A stretch of DNA of 64,000 nt from Clostridia bacterium (GTDB taxonomy: Bacteria > Bacillota > Clostridia > Oscillospirales > UBA644): contig JAGAPC010000004.1 of NCBI GenBank assembly GCA_017623475.1, forward strand, positions 30-64,029, written 5' to 3'. Under the pieces are notes generated by a model, which made no database searches, was not told where the DNA came from, and saw only the letters and a list, made by a program, of their open reading frames with translations. Positions 1-8,917 of this stretch are shown here, piece by piece. How positions within the stretch are numbered: position 1 is the first letter of the stretch; every line of letters starts with the position of its first letter. Both the position numbers and the translations under genes were made by a program.

Positions 1-38
1 TAGGAGGCGGACCCTCTATCCTGCTGAGGTACAGAGAC
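1..38 (-). tRNA. tRNA-Arg(CCU), 5' half only (rest lies beyond the window edge)
   Basis: Reverse complement reads GTCTCTG-TA-CCTC-AGCAGGATA-GAGG-G-TCCGC-CTCCTA. This gives an acceptor arm, T8, A14, G18G19, a fully paired D stem, then the anticodon stem and a loop with CCT at positions 34-36. Confidence 0.6.
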
Positions 39-150
39 GTGTATGAAATTTTATCTATATTATCGCTCGCCTTTTGAGCAAAGGCGAGTGATTTAGTATA
101 ACCTTAGGAGGGGCTTGTTATATCCATTTAACTATGGGGGCGGGTTTAAA

Positions 151-178
151 GGGGCAGAGGTGTTCTGCCCCGGTTTTT
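151..178 (-). terminator. Hairpin terminator after the cytidylate-kinase-like gene
   Basis: GGGGCAGA-ggtgt-TCTGCCCC is an 8-bp GC-rich stem directly after the stop at 177-179. The T tail on the minus strand is short, while the plus strand carries a T run. Confidence 0.5.
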
Positions 179-806
179 AGTCTTTCAATTTTAATTCAAT
201 CATTTCCTTGATCAGTTGTACCGTTTTGTCGATTCCGCCGATTTTGGAAACGTTGACGCACAGATCGTAATTCGTCAGATCCGTCCACTTGTTGCTGGTG
301 TGGAAATTGTAGTAATTTGCGCGGGTGCGGTCTTTTTTTCGGATGACCTCTTCCGCTTTTTCGAGAGTCAGATTTCCTTCCGAAGCAATCCGAGCCTTTC
401 GGTCGTCAAGATCTGCCTGAATGAAAACGCGAAAGACGTTTTGTTCATCCCAAAGCAAATGATCTGCACAACGCCCGATAAAAACGCAGGATTCTTCCGC
501 CGCCGCTTTTCGGATCACGCTTGCCTGGGCTTTGTAGATCCTGTCATTCAACGAATCCTCCGTCCAATTCAGGAAATGAGACGCCGCGGCATGAGGCGCT
601 AATACCATGGAATAAAGGAAGCTTCCCGTGGTTTTTTCTTCTTCCTGCGCCACGACCTGCTCACACATTCCGCTTTCCTTTGCGGCTTGAACGATCAAGT
701 CCTTGTCGTAGTACTTGATTCCCAGCTCCTGTGCCAGACGGTAGCCGATCTCGCTGCCGCCGGAACCGAATTGCCGGGCGATGGTGACGATGAATTTTTT
801 GTTCAT
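177..806 (-). CDS. Cytidylate kinase-like family protein (P-loop)
   Basis: 209 aa. The N-terminal ARQFGSGGSEIG P-loop and overall pattern are typical of Clostridial cytidylate-kinase-like proteins. Confidence 0.75.
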   Translation of the reverse strand: MNKKFIVTIARQFGSGGSEIGYRLAQELGIKYYDKDLIVQAAKESGMCEQVVAQEEEKTTGSFLYSMVLAPHAAASHFLNWTEDSLNDRIYKAQASVIRKAAAEESCVFIGRCADHLLWDEQNVFRVFIQADLDDRKARIASEGNLTLEKAEEVIRKKDRTRANYYNFHTSNKWTDLTNYDLCVNVSKIGGIDKTVQLIKEMIELKLKD

Positions 807-824
807 GGAAAATCCTTTCCCCGA

Positions 825-1823
825 TCAGTCTTGATTGTTAACGGTAAATCTCCAAGAGTCTTCGCACATTTCTTCAATGCCCATGGTTGCTTTCCAGCCC
901 AGCTCCTCCAGGGATTTTGCAGGGTCAGCGTAGCAGGTGGGAATATCTCCGGCGCGGCGGGGATCAATGACGTAGGGGATTTCTTTTCCGCACGCCTTTT
1001 CGTATGCCTTAATAATATCAAGGACGCTATAGCCTTTTCCGGTTCCGAGATTGTAAACGTTAACGCCGGTGCAGGTCATGGCTTTTTCCATAGCTTTTAC
1101 GTGCCCCAGGGCGAGGTCAACGACGTGAATGTAGTCCCGCACGCCGGTTCCGTCGGGGGTGGGATAATCGTTTCCGAAGACGTGAACCGCCTCGTATTTT
1201 CCGCAGGCAACCCGAGCAACGTAAGGCACTAAATTGTTGGGGATTCCGTTGGGATTTTCCCCGATGATTCCGCTTTTGTGGGCGCCGATGGGATTGAAAT
1301 ACCGCAGAAGAACGACGCTCCAATCGGGATTTGCAACTACCACGTCCTCCAGAATCCGTTCAATGAACAACTTGGTCGTTCCGTAGGGATTGGTGGTGGA
1401 AAGGGGGAAATCCTCCTTGATGGGAACGGTTTTGGGATTGCCGTAAACGGTTGCGGAGGAAGAGAAGAGGATCTTGGTGCAACCGTATTTTTTCATCGCC
1501 TCGCAAAGAACGATGGTTCCCATCAAATTGTTATTGTAATACATCAAAGGCTTTTGAACCGATTCTCCGACCGCCTTGTAACCTGCAAAGTGGATAACGG
1601 CGTCGATGTTATTTTCCGCAAAAATGCGGTCCATCGCTTCCCGGTCACACATATCGGCTTCATAGAATTTGAAGTCTTTTCCGGTGATTTGGCGGATTTT
1701 ATCCAAAGCATCGGGTTTGGAGTTGCTGAAATTATCCATGACGACAATTTCATAACCCCGTTCAAGCAATTCTACGCAGGTATGGCTTCCGATGTAACCT
1801 GCTCCTCCGGTAACTAAAATCAT
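825..1823 (-). CDS. galE: UDP-glucose 4-epimerase
   Basis: 332 aa with the GGAGYIGSH Rossmann motif and a YGTTK (YxxxK) catalytic motif. It is collinear with GalE throughout. Confidence 0.93.
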   Translation of the reverse strand: MILVTGGAGYIGSHTCVELLERGYEIVVMDNFSNSKPDALDKIRQITGKDFKFYEADMCDREAMDRIFAENNIDAVIHFAGYKAVGESVQKPLMYYNNNLMGTIVLCEAMKKYGCTKILFSSSATVYGNPKTVPIKEDFPLSTTNPYGTTKLFIERILEDVVVANPDWSVVLLRYFNPIGAHKSGIIGENPNGIPNNLVPYVARVACGKYEAVHVFGNDYPTPDGTGVRDYIHVVDLALGHVKAMEKAMTCTGVNVYNLGTGKGYSVLDIIKAYEKACGKEIPYVIDPRRAGDIPTCYADPAKSLEELGWKATMGIEEMCEDSWRFTVNNQD

Positions 1824-1875
1824 GATGAAACTCCTATCTTTATCTTAAATTTAAATTGTAAACGGTGGTATGAGA

Positions 1876-3303
1876 TTACTTTTTATGACGACGCCCCGTG
1901 GGGAGTTGTTCTTCCGCGTCAGTTTCCAATTCAAGCTTTTGTTCTTCCAGCTTGCGGCGGCGATTTTTTTGCCGTTGTCTGCGTTGCAGATAAGAAATCA
2001 GGAACAAACCTGCGGCAATCAAAATAATTCCGAGAACGACGTAAAGCAGGATGATCAGAATCGTTTTGATTACGTTCCAAAGCTTTGCGCCAAAGGAAAG
2101 GGGAACGGGCTTATTTCCGCCGGGAGATTGTTCAAGTTGAATTTCTTCCGTTTCGATTTTCAGCGAAATCGTACCAATCTCTACGACGTTATTGTTTAAG
2201 TCTTTTGCAGACACCGTTAAGGTTAGATTCGTGTCGCCTTCCGTAACGAACTTGGGTAATTCCGAAACGGACATCGTCCCTTCTTGAAAATCCACGTTCG
2301 TGGAAAGAACCGTTCCTTCTGGAATTTCCACGTGAATTTTACGGATGATTGTTCCGTCCTTCATGACGGGAATTTCCGTGGGGGCAAGCAGAGAAGGCGG
2401 GATCGATACGTTTTGGAATTCCGAAAAGGCGTAATCAAACAGTGCAATCGTTTCTTCGTACCGTTGTTTTGAATTCTCCGCGTTAAGAATTACGCAGATC
2501 AGCGTTTTTCCGTCCTTTTTCGCTGCGGAGACGAGGTTGTAACCCGCGTTGCCGTTCCATCCGGTTTTTCCGCCGACGGCGTATTCGTATTTTACGTCCA
2601 TTTCGCTATTCTTCATCAGAAGGCATAGAGTTGAAAAGGAGCGACCGGATGCGTTTTTGTTCGTGGCGTCCATGGTATATGACGCAGTTCCGAATATCTC
2701 ACGGAAGGTCTTGTTTTTCAGCGCTTCCAAGGCGAGAAGTGCCAAATCCTTTGCCGTTGTGAAATTGTTCTCTGCATATGCACCATCCGGATTCGTAAAG
2801 GAGGTGTTCGTTGCACCTACCCGTTCCATCCGTTGATTCATGGCTTGTACGAAGGTTTCTTCCGATCCGCTGACGGCGGCGGCAATGGTCTTGGCTGCGT
2901 CGGCGGCCGATGCCAGGAGAGATGCGTAGAATAAGTCCGACATCTTGACCTCTTCGTCCGCAGAAAGAGAAATGTGTGTTCCTTCCCGGTCGATCTCGCC
3001 AACAATATCCTTAGATACCGTTACGGTTTCGGAAGCCTTTCCCGATTCAATTCCCAAAAGGACGGTCAGGATTTGTACGGTATCTGCGGGAGAAAATTTT
3101 TCGTTTTCGCTTTTCTGATACAAAATTGCTCCGGAATCTGCGTCCATAACGATTGCGGCACCGGATTGAATATCCGGTTTTTGCAGAGGTTGTTGACCTG
3201 AATCCGAATCCTGCGGTTCTGCAAAGGAAGGAGCGCAAAGAAGAGAAAATAAAAATACGAATCCGAGAATAAATGTTATAATCCGTTTCATAGCGAATCC
3301 CAT
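1876..3303 (-). CDS. PBP5/DacF-like D,D-carboxypeptidase homologue with C-terminal TM anchor; catalytic motifs degenerate
   Basis: 475 aa with a signal peptide and an S11 peptidase fold alignable to DacF, and the KTG motif (GGKTGW) is kept. SxxK is replaced by D-T-V-Q and SGN by S-A-A. A C-terminal TM helix and charged tail follow. Confidence 0.8.
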   Translation of the reverse strand: MGFAMKRIITFILGFVFLFSLLCAPSFAEPQDSDSGQQPLQKPDIQSGAAIVMDADSGAILYQKSENEKFSPADTVQILTVLLGIESGKASETVTVSKDIVGEIDREGTHISLSADEEVKMSDLFYASLLASAADAAKTIAAAVSGSEETFVQAMNQRMERVGATNTSFTNPDGAYAENNFTTAKDLALLALEALKNKTFREIFGTASYTMDATNKNASGRSFSTLCLLMKNSEMDVKYEYAVGGKTGWNGNAGYNLVSAAKKDGKTLICVILNAENSKQRYEETIALFDYAFSEFQNVSIPPSLLAPTEIPVMKDGTIIRKIHVEIPEGTVLSTNVDFQEGTMSVSELPKFVTEGDTNLTLTVSAKDLNNNVVEIGTISLKIETEEIQLEQSPGGNKPVPLSFGAKLWNVIKTILIILLYVVLGIILIAAGLFLISYLQRRQRQKNRRRKLEEQKLELETDAEEQLPTGRRHKK

Positions 3304-3371
3304 AAATAAATTATTACGTTTGTTACTACATTATACAACATTCGATTCGAAATGTCAAGTGGACATTTTGG

Positions 3372-3399
3372 AATATCCCTACAATTTCGATCATAGATT
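3372..3399 (+). promoter_or_regulatory. Possible sigma-E-type promoter of spoIIID
   Basis: AATATC, then 14 nt, then CATAGATT resembles the sigma-E consensus (ATATT ... CATACA-T) as I remember it. The position upstream of spoIIID fits B. subtilis regulation. Confidence 0.3.
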
Positions 3400-3432
3400 T
3401 TCAGTAGAAACAGGATCGGGGGATTGACGATT

Positions 3433-3702
3433 ATGGATGAACTACGGCAACGGGTATTGATGCTTGCCGCGTATATTGCGGAAAACGGTGCTACGGTGCG
3501 GGATGCCGCGAAGGAATTTGGGGTTTCAAAGTCCACGGTACATAAGGACGTAACCTGTCGTTTGAAGGAATATCACAGCGGGTTATATGAAGAGGTACGG
3601 AACGTATTGGAGCAAAATAAATCGGAGCGTCATCTGCGAGGAGGACTTGCCACGCGGGAAAAATATCGAATTTTACAAGAAATTCAGCGAAAAACATCTT
3701 GA
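3433..3702 (+). CDS. spoIIID: Sporulation transcriptional regulator SpoIIID
   Basis: The HTH block AKEFGVSKSTVHKDV and RHLRGGLATREKY match B. subtilis SpoIIID. The ATG at 3433 lies 9 nt after GGGGGA; the TTG at 3424 is less likely. Confidence 0.9.
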   Translation: MDELRQRVLMLAAYIAENGATVRDAAKEFGVSKSTVHKDVTCRLKEYHSGLYEEVRNVLEQNKSERHLRGGLATREKYRILQEIQRKTS

Positions 3703-3727
3703 CAACGAACGCCGTCTGTGTTATAAT
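3699..3727 (+). promoter_or_regulatory. Sigma-A consensus promoter (TTGACA-N17-TATAAT)
   Basis: TTGACA at 3699-3704 and TATAAT at 3722-3727 with an exact 17-nt spacer. It overlaps the spoIIID stop and lies 28 nt upstream of the ATG at 3755. Confidence 0.75.
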
Positions 3728-3754
3728 GACCCCAAAAGATTGGGGGATTTTACA

Positions 3755-4792
3755 ATGATACAAGATTATGCAAAATTTGACCGCGTCGTTGCACCGGTAA
3801 TAATCGCTTCACCGGAATTGCGTATGATTTATGCCAACCCATACGCCGTGCGGGTGTTTCCCTTTTTATCCGCCCCGGCAGCGTTGATTTCCCGATTTGA
3901 AAGCGCAGATCTGGAACAGGGAATCCGTATGCTCAAACAGGGAGAAATCTGTATTTTACCTTACGAAGAATCGTTGCATTTATCGATTCTTTTAGAGCCC
4001 GTGCTGTTAGACGGGGAGTTGATTTACGTTTGTGTTTATGTTGTTTCGGACTCCGAAGATCCGAACACGATCTTTCCCTTTTTGGCAGATGGGGAATTGT
4101 TGAAGTTCTTAAGGGATGAGGTTGCGAACCCCACGAATATTATTCTTTCGCAGTTAAAAATCATGGAAAGCATTATTCTGCGCGGTGATACCGAACGGTC
4201 GCTGGCTGCCCTTAAAATGATTCGGACGAGAATGCTTCGAATGTCCTTGTTCTATGCGAGAATGGAGGACTGCTCCGGTAAGCATTCCAATAATTGTGAG
4301 GTTTTTGACGCGGCACACGTGCTTCTTGAATTTGAACACAACCATAAGTTCATAAAGTACAAGCCGTCGCAGACTTGCTACGTTCCGCTGGAGCGATCGT
4401 CGCAGGTTTTATTATATACTGACGTTCTGACAAGCTTGATTTTTCGTCAGGACAAGCCGTCCGTTACGATAACCTCATCCTGCGATTCGAACGGCGTGAC
4501 CATCGAGTTTATTTCCGGACCTCTCAATAAGCCGATTGACGTTCCGTGTGACGACGAATACGATGGAATTGATCTGGGAATGTTTTCCGTGCGTCGGCGG
4601 GCTGAATTGGCAGGAGGAAATGTTTCCGTGAAGAAGGAAGCCCGTGGCGGCGTAACGGTTACGCTCAAATTTCCTCCCGTTCATTGGCTTCTTTCCAACT
4701 ATTATTTGTCGGATCCCGAAGGCGAAAAGTCAACCCCTGTGGAATGTCATGCGCATGAGTATTTAATGTTAATGACGGAAGGGAATTGCTAA
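3755..4792 (+). CDS. Soluble histidine-kinase-like protein with degenerate catalytic motifs
   Basis: 345 aa from the ATG at 3755; the longer ORF from 3587 overlaps spoIIID and the promoter. There is a DHp-like helix FLRDEVANPTNIIL and a C-terminal HATPase-like end GIDLGMFSVRRRAELAGGNVSV...GGVTVTLKFP. Confidence 0.6.
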   Translation: MIQDYAKFDRVVAPVIIASPELRMIYANPYAVRVFPFLSAPAALISRFESADLEQGIRMLKQGEICILPYEESLHLSILLEPVLLDGELIYVCVYVVSDSEDPNTIFPFLADGELLKFLRDEVANPTNIILSQLKIMESIILRGDTERSLAALKMIRTRMLRMSLFYARMEDCSGKHSNNCEVFDAAHVLLEFEHNHKFIKYKPSQTCYVPLERSSQVLLYTDVLTSLIFRQDKPSVTITSSCDSNGVTIEFISGPLNKPIDVPCDDEYDGIDLGMFSVRRRAELAGGNVSVKKEARGGVTVTLKFPPVHWLLSNYYLSDPEGEKSTPVECHAHEYLMLMTEGNC

Positions 4793-6283
4793 CGTCTCCT
4801 TTTTTCTTCCTCCGGTGTAAAGGTAATAGAGGCAAAGAAAGAGTATAACGGAAGCCCCGGCAATCAACCAAACCGACGGCGTCATAAACCGCTGTAGAAT
4901 TTTCAATGGAAGCATCGCGGAAAGGGAGAGCAATAAGGGTTTCAGAATTCCATCTCGGATCGGCAGTCTTACACCGCTGGTTTTTCGCAGAGAATAGTAG
5001 GACAAGGAAAAATTTAAGAAATTTCCGACGCAGAATAGGGCGACGTAACCTGAAATTCCTGCTCTCGGAATTAAAAGGAATGCACCTGCCGTTTGGAATA
5101 CGGCATCCGCTAAATTGATCTTCATGGTGGTAAGTTGTTGGTTATATCCCTTCATGATACCGTCGATTACCTTATCTCCGTACAGAATCGGGACGATGGG
5201 AGCAAGTATGGTTAAATATCTTCCGCAGTCCGGGTCGTGATAGACTGCCGTGCCCAAATCGTGACCGAACAAAAGAGCAAACGTTCCGATGAAGACACCG
5301 TAGGTCATGGTCCATTGAAGGATCGCTTTTGTTGTTTTTAAGTTGCTTTCCGCGTGTCCGACGGCGTTCTCTGCCGCAATCTCCGGAACGAGAAGCTTGG
5401 ATACTACTGCGAGAAACGCCGCGGGGAAAATAAGGATGGGCAACGCCATACCCTCCAATTTCCCCAAGACGGATAAGGTTTGTTCCGGGGTAAGTCCGGA
5501 CGCCTCCAGCCCGCGGGGGACAAGAATACTTTCAATCATCCCCAAGCCGGAGCGCAAATATCCGCTGAAGGCGCAGGGAAGTGCGATTTTTACTACCTCC
5601 GAAAAAATTCTTTGCGTTTTCGTATCGTTCGGCGTCGTTTCAGGCTTGTTTTTCACGCGGTAAAGCAAAAATCCGATGAGGCAGGATACGGTTTCTCCGA
5701 TTGCCATTCCCGCAACCATAGCACACAGTGCCGCGTGAGGACCATTGTCTAAGTAGAGCATAAACAACAATACCGTTGCGCCGATTTTCGTCAGATCCTC
5801 CGTTATCTGCAGAACCGTGGAGTACGACGCTTTTCGAAGGGATAAAAAATATCCCTGCAGAGCATTTGACGCAGATAAAAAGGGAAGACCGATCGATAAG
5901 ATTTTCAACGGTATTTCAGCATCCGGAAACGCAAGCCAGCTTCTCGCAATAAAGCCGGCGCCGAAAAACAGCAAAAGAAACGTCCCGAATCCGAAAATAC
6001 AACTATAACTGATACATCGGCTCAAAATCGTGCCGATGTTCTTTTTATTTTGCGCCAAAGCCTCCGAGCAAAGCCGAGTTGACGCTACATAGACACCGGA
6101 GGATGCCAGCGTACAGGCGGGATAATAAACGGACATAATCAGCTGAAGCAGCCCCATGACCTCCGACCCCACCCGATTGGACGCATACGTACGGAAAACA
6201 ACCCCAAGCACGCTCATCGTCAAGGATACGGCAGAAACGGCGATTGCATTTTTTATGAATTCTTTTTTTATCAATTTTACCAC
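4769..6283 (-). CDS. spoVB: MOP-superfamily flippase, stage V sporulation protein B-like
   Basis: 504 aa and polytopic (about 14 TM). The N-terminal pattern is typical of SpoVB/MurJ-like polysaccharide-biosynthesis proteins. Confidence 0.7.
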   Translation of the reverse strand: MVKLIKKEFIKNAIAVSAVSLTMSVLGVVFRTYASNRVGSEVMGLLQLIMSVYYPACTLASSGVYVASTRLCSEALAQNKKNIGTILSRCISYSCIFGFGTFLLLFFGAGFIARSWLAFPDAEIPLKILSIGLPFLSASNALQGYFLSLRKASYSTVLQITEDLTKIGATVLLFMLYLDNGPHAALCAMVAGMAIGETVSCLIGFLLYRVKNKPETTPNDTKTQRIFSEVVKIALPCAFSGYLRSGLGMIESILVPRGLEASGLTPEQTLSVLGKLEGMALPILIFPAAFLAVVSKLLVPEIAAENAVGHAESNLKTTKAILQWTMTYGVFIGTFALLFGHDLGTAVYHDPDCGRYLTILAPIVPILYGDKVIDGIMKGYNQQLTTMKINLADAVFQTAGAFLLIPRAGISGYVALFCVGNFLNFSLSYYSLRKTSGVRLPIRDGILKPLLLSLSAMLPLKILQRFMTPSVWLIAGASVILFLCLYYLYTGGRKKETLAIPFRH

Positions 6284-6372
6284 CGAAATGATCTTATGAT
6301 TTATTTGACCGAAATTATTCTTATGACGTACGAATTAAATCAGAAAAATCAGGTTTCCCCGGCGGTTTTATA

Positions 6373-6401
6373 TTGACAAAATCTTCGTTGTGTGTTATAA
6401 T
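6373..6401 (+). promoter_or_regulatory. Sigma-A consensus promoter with extended -10 (TTGACA-N17-TGtTATAAT)
   Basis: TTGACA at 6373-6378 and TATAAT at 6396-6401 with a 17-nt spacer and TG at -15/-14. It lies upstream of yqfC. Confidence 0.75.
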
Positions 6402-6486
6402 AGTTAATAAAATAACTATAATAAAAGGGCGTTTGCACATATTTTTCTCCTTCGTTGAATATTCTACACAGAAGGAGTTGTTGTCT

Positions 6487-6720
6487 ATGAAGCAAAATTC
6501 CCCTCTGCGCACGGAGATTCCACCCATTGAGTTCATGGGAAATTCCCAGGTTCTCGTTGGTCTTTGCGACGGCATATTGGAATACGAACCGGAGACGGTT
6601 AAACTCCGCGCCGGGAAACGGTTGATTCGCATCAACGGCAGATGTTTGGATCTCTGTAACCTCTCGGAAAAAACCGTTATGATCCGCGGCGTTATATCGT
6701 CGGTGGAATTTGAGGGCTGA
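6487..6720 (+). CDS. yqfC: Sporulation protein YqfC (YabP family)
   Basis: 77 aa from the ATG at 6487, preceded by GAAGGAG. It has the YabP/YqfC-like beta-rich sequence and is immediately followed by yqfD, as in Bacillus and Clostridia. Confidence 0.8.
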   Translation: MKQNSPLRTEIPPIEFMGNSQVLVGLCDGILEYEPETVKLRAGKRLIRINGRCLDLCNLSEKTVMIRGVISSVEFEG

Positions 6721-6723
6721 TCC

Positions 6724-7914
6724 ATGACGGTTATGTGGAAATGGCTTCGTTGGTTGTTTGGATATTCGGTCTTGGAAATCCGCGGTGCGTACGGGGAAAA
6801 ATTCATAACCCTCTGCATGAAAGAGGAAATCGACCTTTGGGAGATCCGCCGTATTTGTCCGGGCATTATCCGGGTTAAGGTATTCCTTTTCGCCGTAAAA
6901 CAGTTAGAACCCCTGGCAAGAAAAAGCGGCGTCGTACTTGAATTTGTGGAAAACCAAGGGCTTTCCGTCACATTAAAAAGATACCGCCACCGTTACGGTC
7001 TTTTCCTTGGTATGGGGTTATATCTCGTTTCCTTGTTTTTTCTTTCTCAAGTCGTTTGGTCGGTGGAGATCCCCGGAGCAAATCCGATTCAGGCAAAGCA
7101 GATTCAGTCGGTTCTGTTGCGGGAGGGGTTTGGCGTCGGCTCGTTGATTCCCTCCGTGGATTATAAAAATCTCCGTTATCAGTTGATGCTTGATTTGGAT
7201 AATATATCCTTCGTTTCGGTCAATATGAAAGGGTGCCGCGCCGTCGTGGAGGTGCGCTTTTCGGAAGAAGCACCGGAGTCGGTCGATGACGGCACGCCCT
7301 GTAATATCGTCGCTTCCCGAGACGGACAGATCGTTTCCGTTTTGGTGCAGACGGGCGCCCGTTACGTTCAAAAAGGACAAACGGTACAAAAAGGGGATCT
7401 TTTGATCGGCGGAATTATGGACACTCGTTTAGGATACTACGTCGTCCATGCAAAGGGACAAATCCTGGCGAGAGTCACCGATATTCAAACGGAAACCGTT
7501 CCATTGATCCAACGGGTAACGGAGCGTACCGGAAAATATACGGTGAAGCGGATCTGGAATTTTTTCGGGAAAGAGTTGGACGCATCTCCGTGGTTTTTCT
7601 GCCCCTACGAGGAATTCGAAACCGTTACGGAGGTGAAATATCTTTCCTTTGGGGAAGATGCGAAAATTCCCGTTTTTCTGACCGAAACTTATTACTATGA
7701 AACCGTTTCCCACGAGGTTGAAATTTCTGCGGAAGAGGCAAAATCCATCGCCGTATCCCGTCTTGACGAAGCAGACCGTCTCCGTTTTTACGGCACGGAA
7801 ATTGAATCAATACGTGAAACGGTTACCGAGACCCCCGAAGGGGTCGTTCTCACGCGGGAGCGAAGTATTATCGTTGATATTTGTGAAGATAAAACATTCT
7901 ATTTTGAAGACTAA
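6724..7914 (+). CDS. yqfD: Sporulation protein YqfD
   Basis: 396 aa with a single central TM segment. Length and position match YqfD, in the conserved order yqfC-yqfD-phoH. Confidence 0.8.
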   Translation: MTVMWKWLRWLFGYSVLEIRGAYGEKFITLCMKEEIDLWEIRRICPGIIRVKVFLFAVKQLEPLARKSGVVLEFVENQGLSVTLKRYRHRYGLFLGMGLYLVSLFFLSQVVWSVEIPGANPIQAKQIQSVLLREGFGVGSLIPSVDYKNLRYQLMLDLDNISFVSVNMKGCRAVVEVRFSEEAPESVDDGTPCNIVASRDGQIVSVLVQTGARYVQKGQTVQKGDLLIGGIMDTRLGYYVVHAKGQILARVTDIQTETVPLIQRVTERTGKYTVKRIWNFFGKELDASPWFFCPYEEFETVTEVKYLSFGEDAKIPVFLTETYYYETVSHEVEISAEEAKSIAVSRLDEADRLRFYGTEIESIRETVTETPEGVVLTRERSIIVDICEDKTFYFED

Positions 7915-7917
7915 AGG

Positions 7918-8910
7918 ATGAGGATCGTGGAAGAAATTTTAAAATTTGAGTCGCTGGACGTTCTTTCGAATCTGTTCGGTCATTTGGATGAAAATATCCG
8001 TCGGATTGAATCGGAATTGCAGGTTTCCGTAACGAATCGGGGCGAAGAATTGAAGATTTCCGGAGAAGCGGAAAACGTCGCCGACGCGAAGAAGGTCATT
8101 GAGCTTCTGACCGTTCTTGCCCGAAAGGGAGAATTGATTGACGCCCAATCGGTGGCGTATTTTATTCTTTCGGTTCGGGAAGGACGCGAAGAATCCCTCT
8201 CCGAGCTTGGGGGAGATTGCATCTGCATTACCTCAAGAGGGAAACCGGTAAAGCCGAAGACTTTAGGGCAAAAGGAATATATTTCGGCGATCAAATCCAA
8301 CACTATAACCCTGGGAATCGGACCTGCGGGAACGGGAAAAACCTATCTTGCCGTTGCGATGGCGGTAACCGCCCTGCGAAATAAGCAGGTGGATCGGATC
8401 GTCTTGACGCGCCCTGCGGTAGAAGCGGGGGAGAAGCTGGGCTTTTTGCCCGGAGATCTGCAGGATAAGGTAGATCCCTATCTTCGTCCGTTACACGATG
8501 CGTTGTTTGACTTTTTAGGGGTGGACACCTACCGCAACTATTTGGAAAAAAATATTATCGAAGTGGCTCCCCTTGCTTATATGCGGGGGCGCACCTTGGA
8601 CGATTCCTTCATTATTCTCGACGAGGCGCAGAATACCACCTGCGAACAGATGAAAATGTTCTTGACCCGTCTTGGTTTCCGTTCCAAAATCGTGATTACA
8701 GGGGATATTACCCAGATTGACCTGCCCGACGGAAAACAAAGCGGATTAAAGCAGGCGATGAAGGTTTTGGAAAATATTGAGGATATTTCCATTCAGAAAT
8801 TATCCGCAAAGGACGTGGTTCGTCACGCCCTGGTTCAAAAGATTATTCGTGCTTACGATAATTTTTCCGAACAGCGGCAATCCAATCCGGACAACCCCCG
8901 GAAGAAATGA
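7918..8910 (+). CDS. phoH: PhoH-like ATPase
   Basis: Walker A GPAGTGKT, plus LTRPAVEAGEKLGFLPGD and ILDEAQN blocks characteristic of the PhoH/YqfE family. Confidence 0.9.
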   Translation: MRIVEEILKFESLDVLSNLFGHLDENIRRIESELQVSVTNRGEELKISGEAENVADAKKVIELLTVLARKGELIDAQSVAYFILSVREGREESLSELGGDCICITSRGKPVKPKTLGQKEYISAIKSNTITLGIGPAGTGKTYLAVAMAVTALRNKQVDRIVLTRPAVEAGEKLGFLPGDLQDKVDPYLRPLHDALFDFLGVDTYRNYLEKNIIEVAPLAYMRGRTLDDSFIILDEAQNTTCEQMKMFLTRLGFRSKIVITGDITQIDLPDGKQSGLKQAMKVLENIEDISIQKLSAKDVVRHALVQKIIRAYDNFSEQRQSNPDNPRKK

Positions 8911-8917
8911 GTTTTTT

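Noticed and set aside
3587-3754. N-terminal 56-aa extension of the histidine-kinase-like ORF overlapping spoIIID
   Set aside because: The extension overlaps the spoIIID coding sequence in another frame and contains the perfect promoter at 3699-3727. The ATG at 3755 downstream of that promoter is the sensible start.
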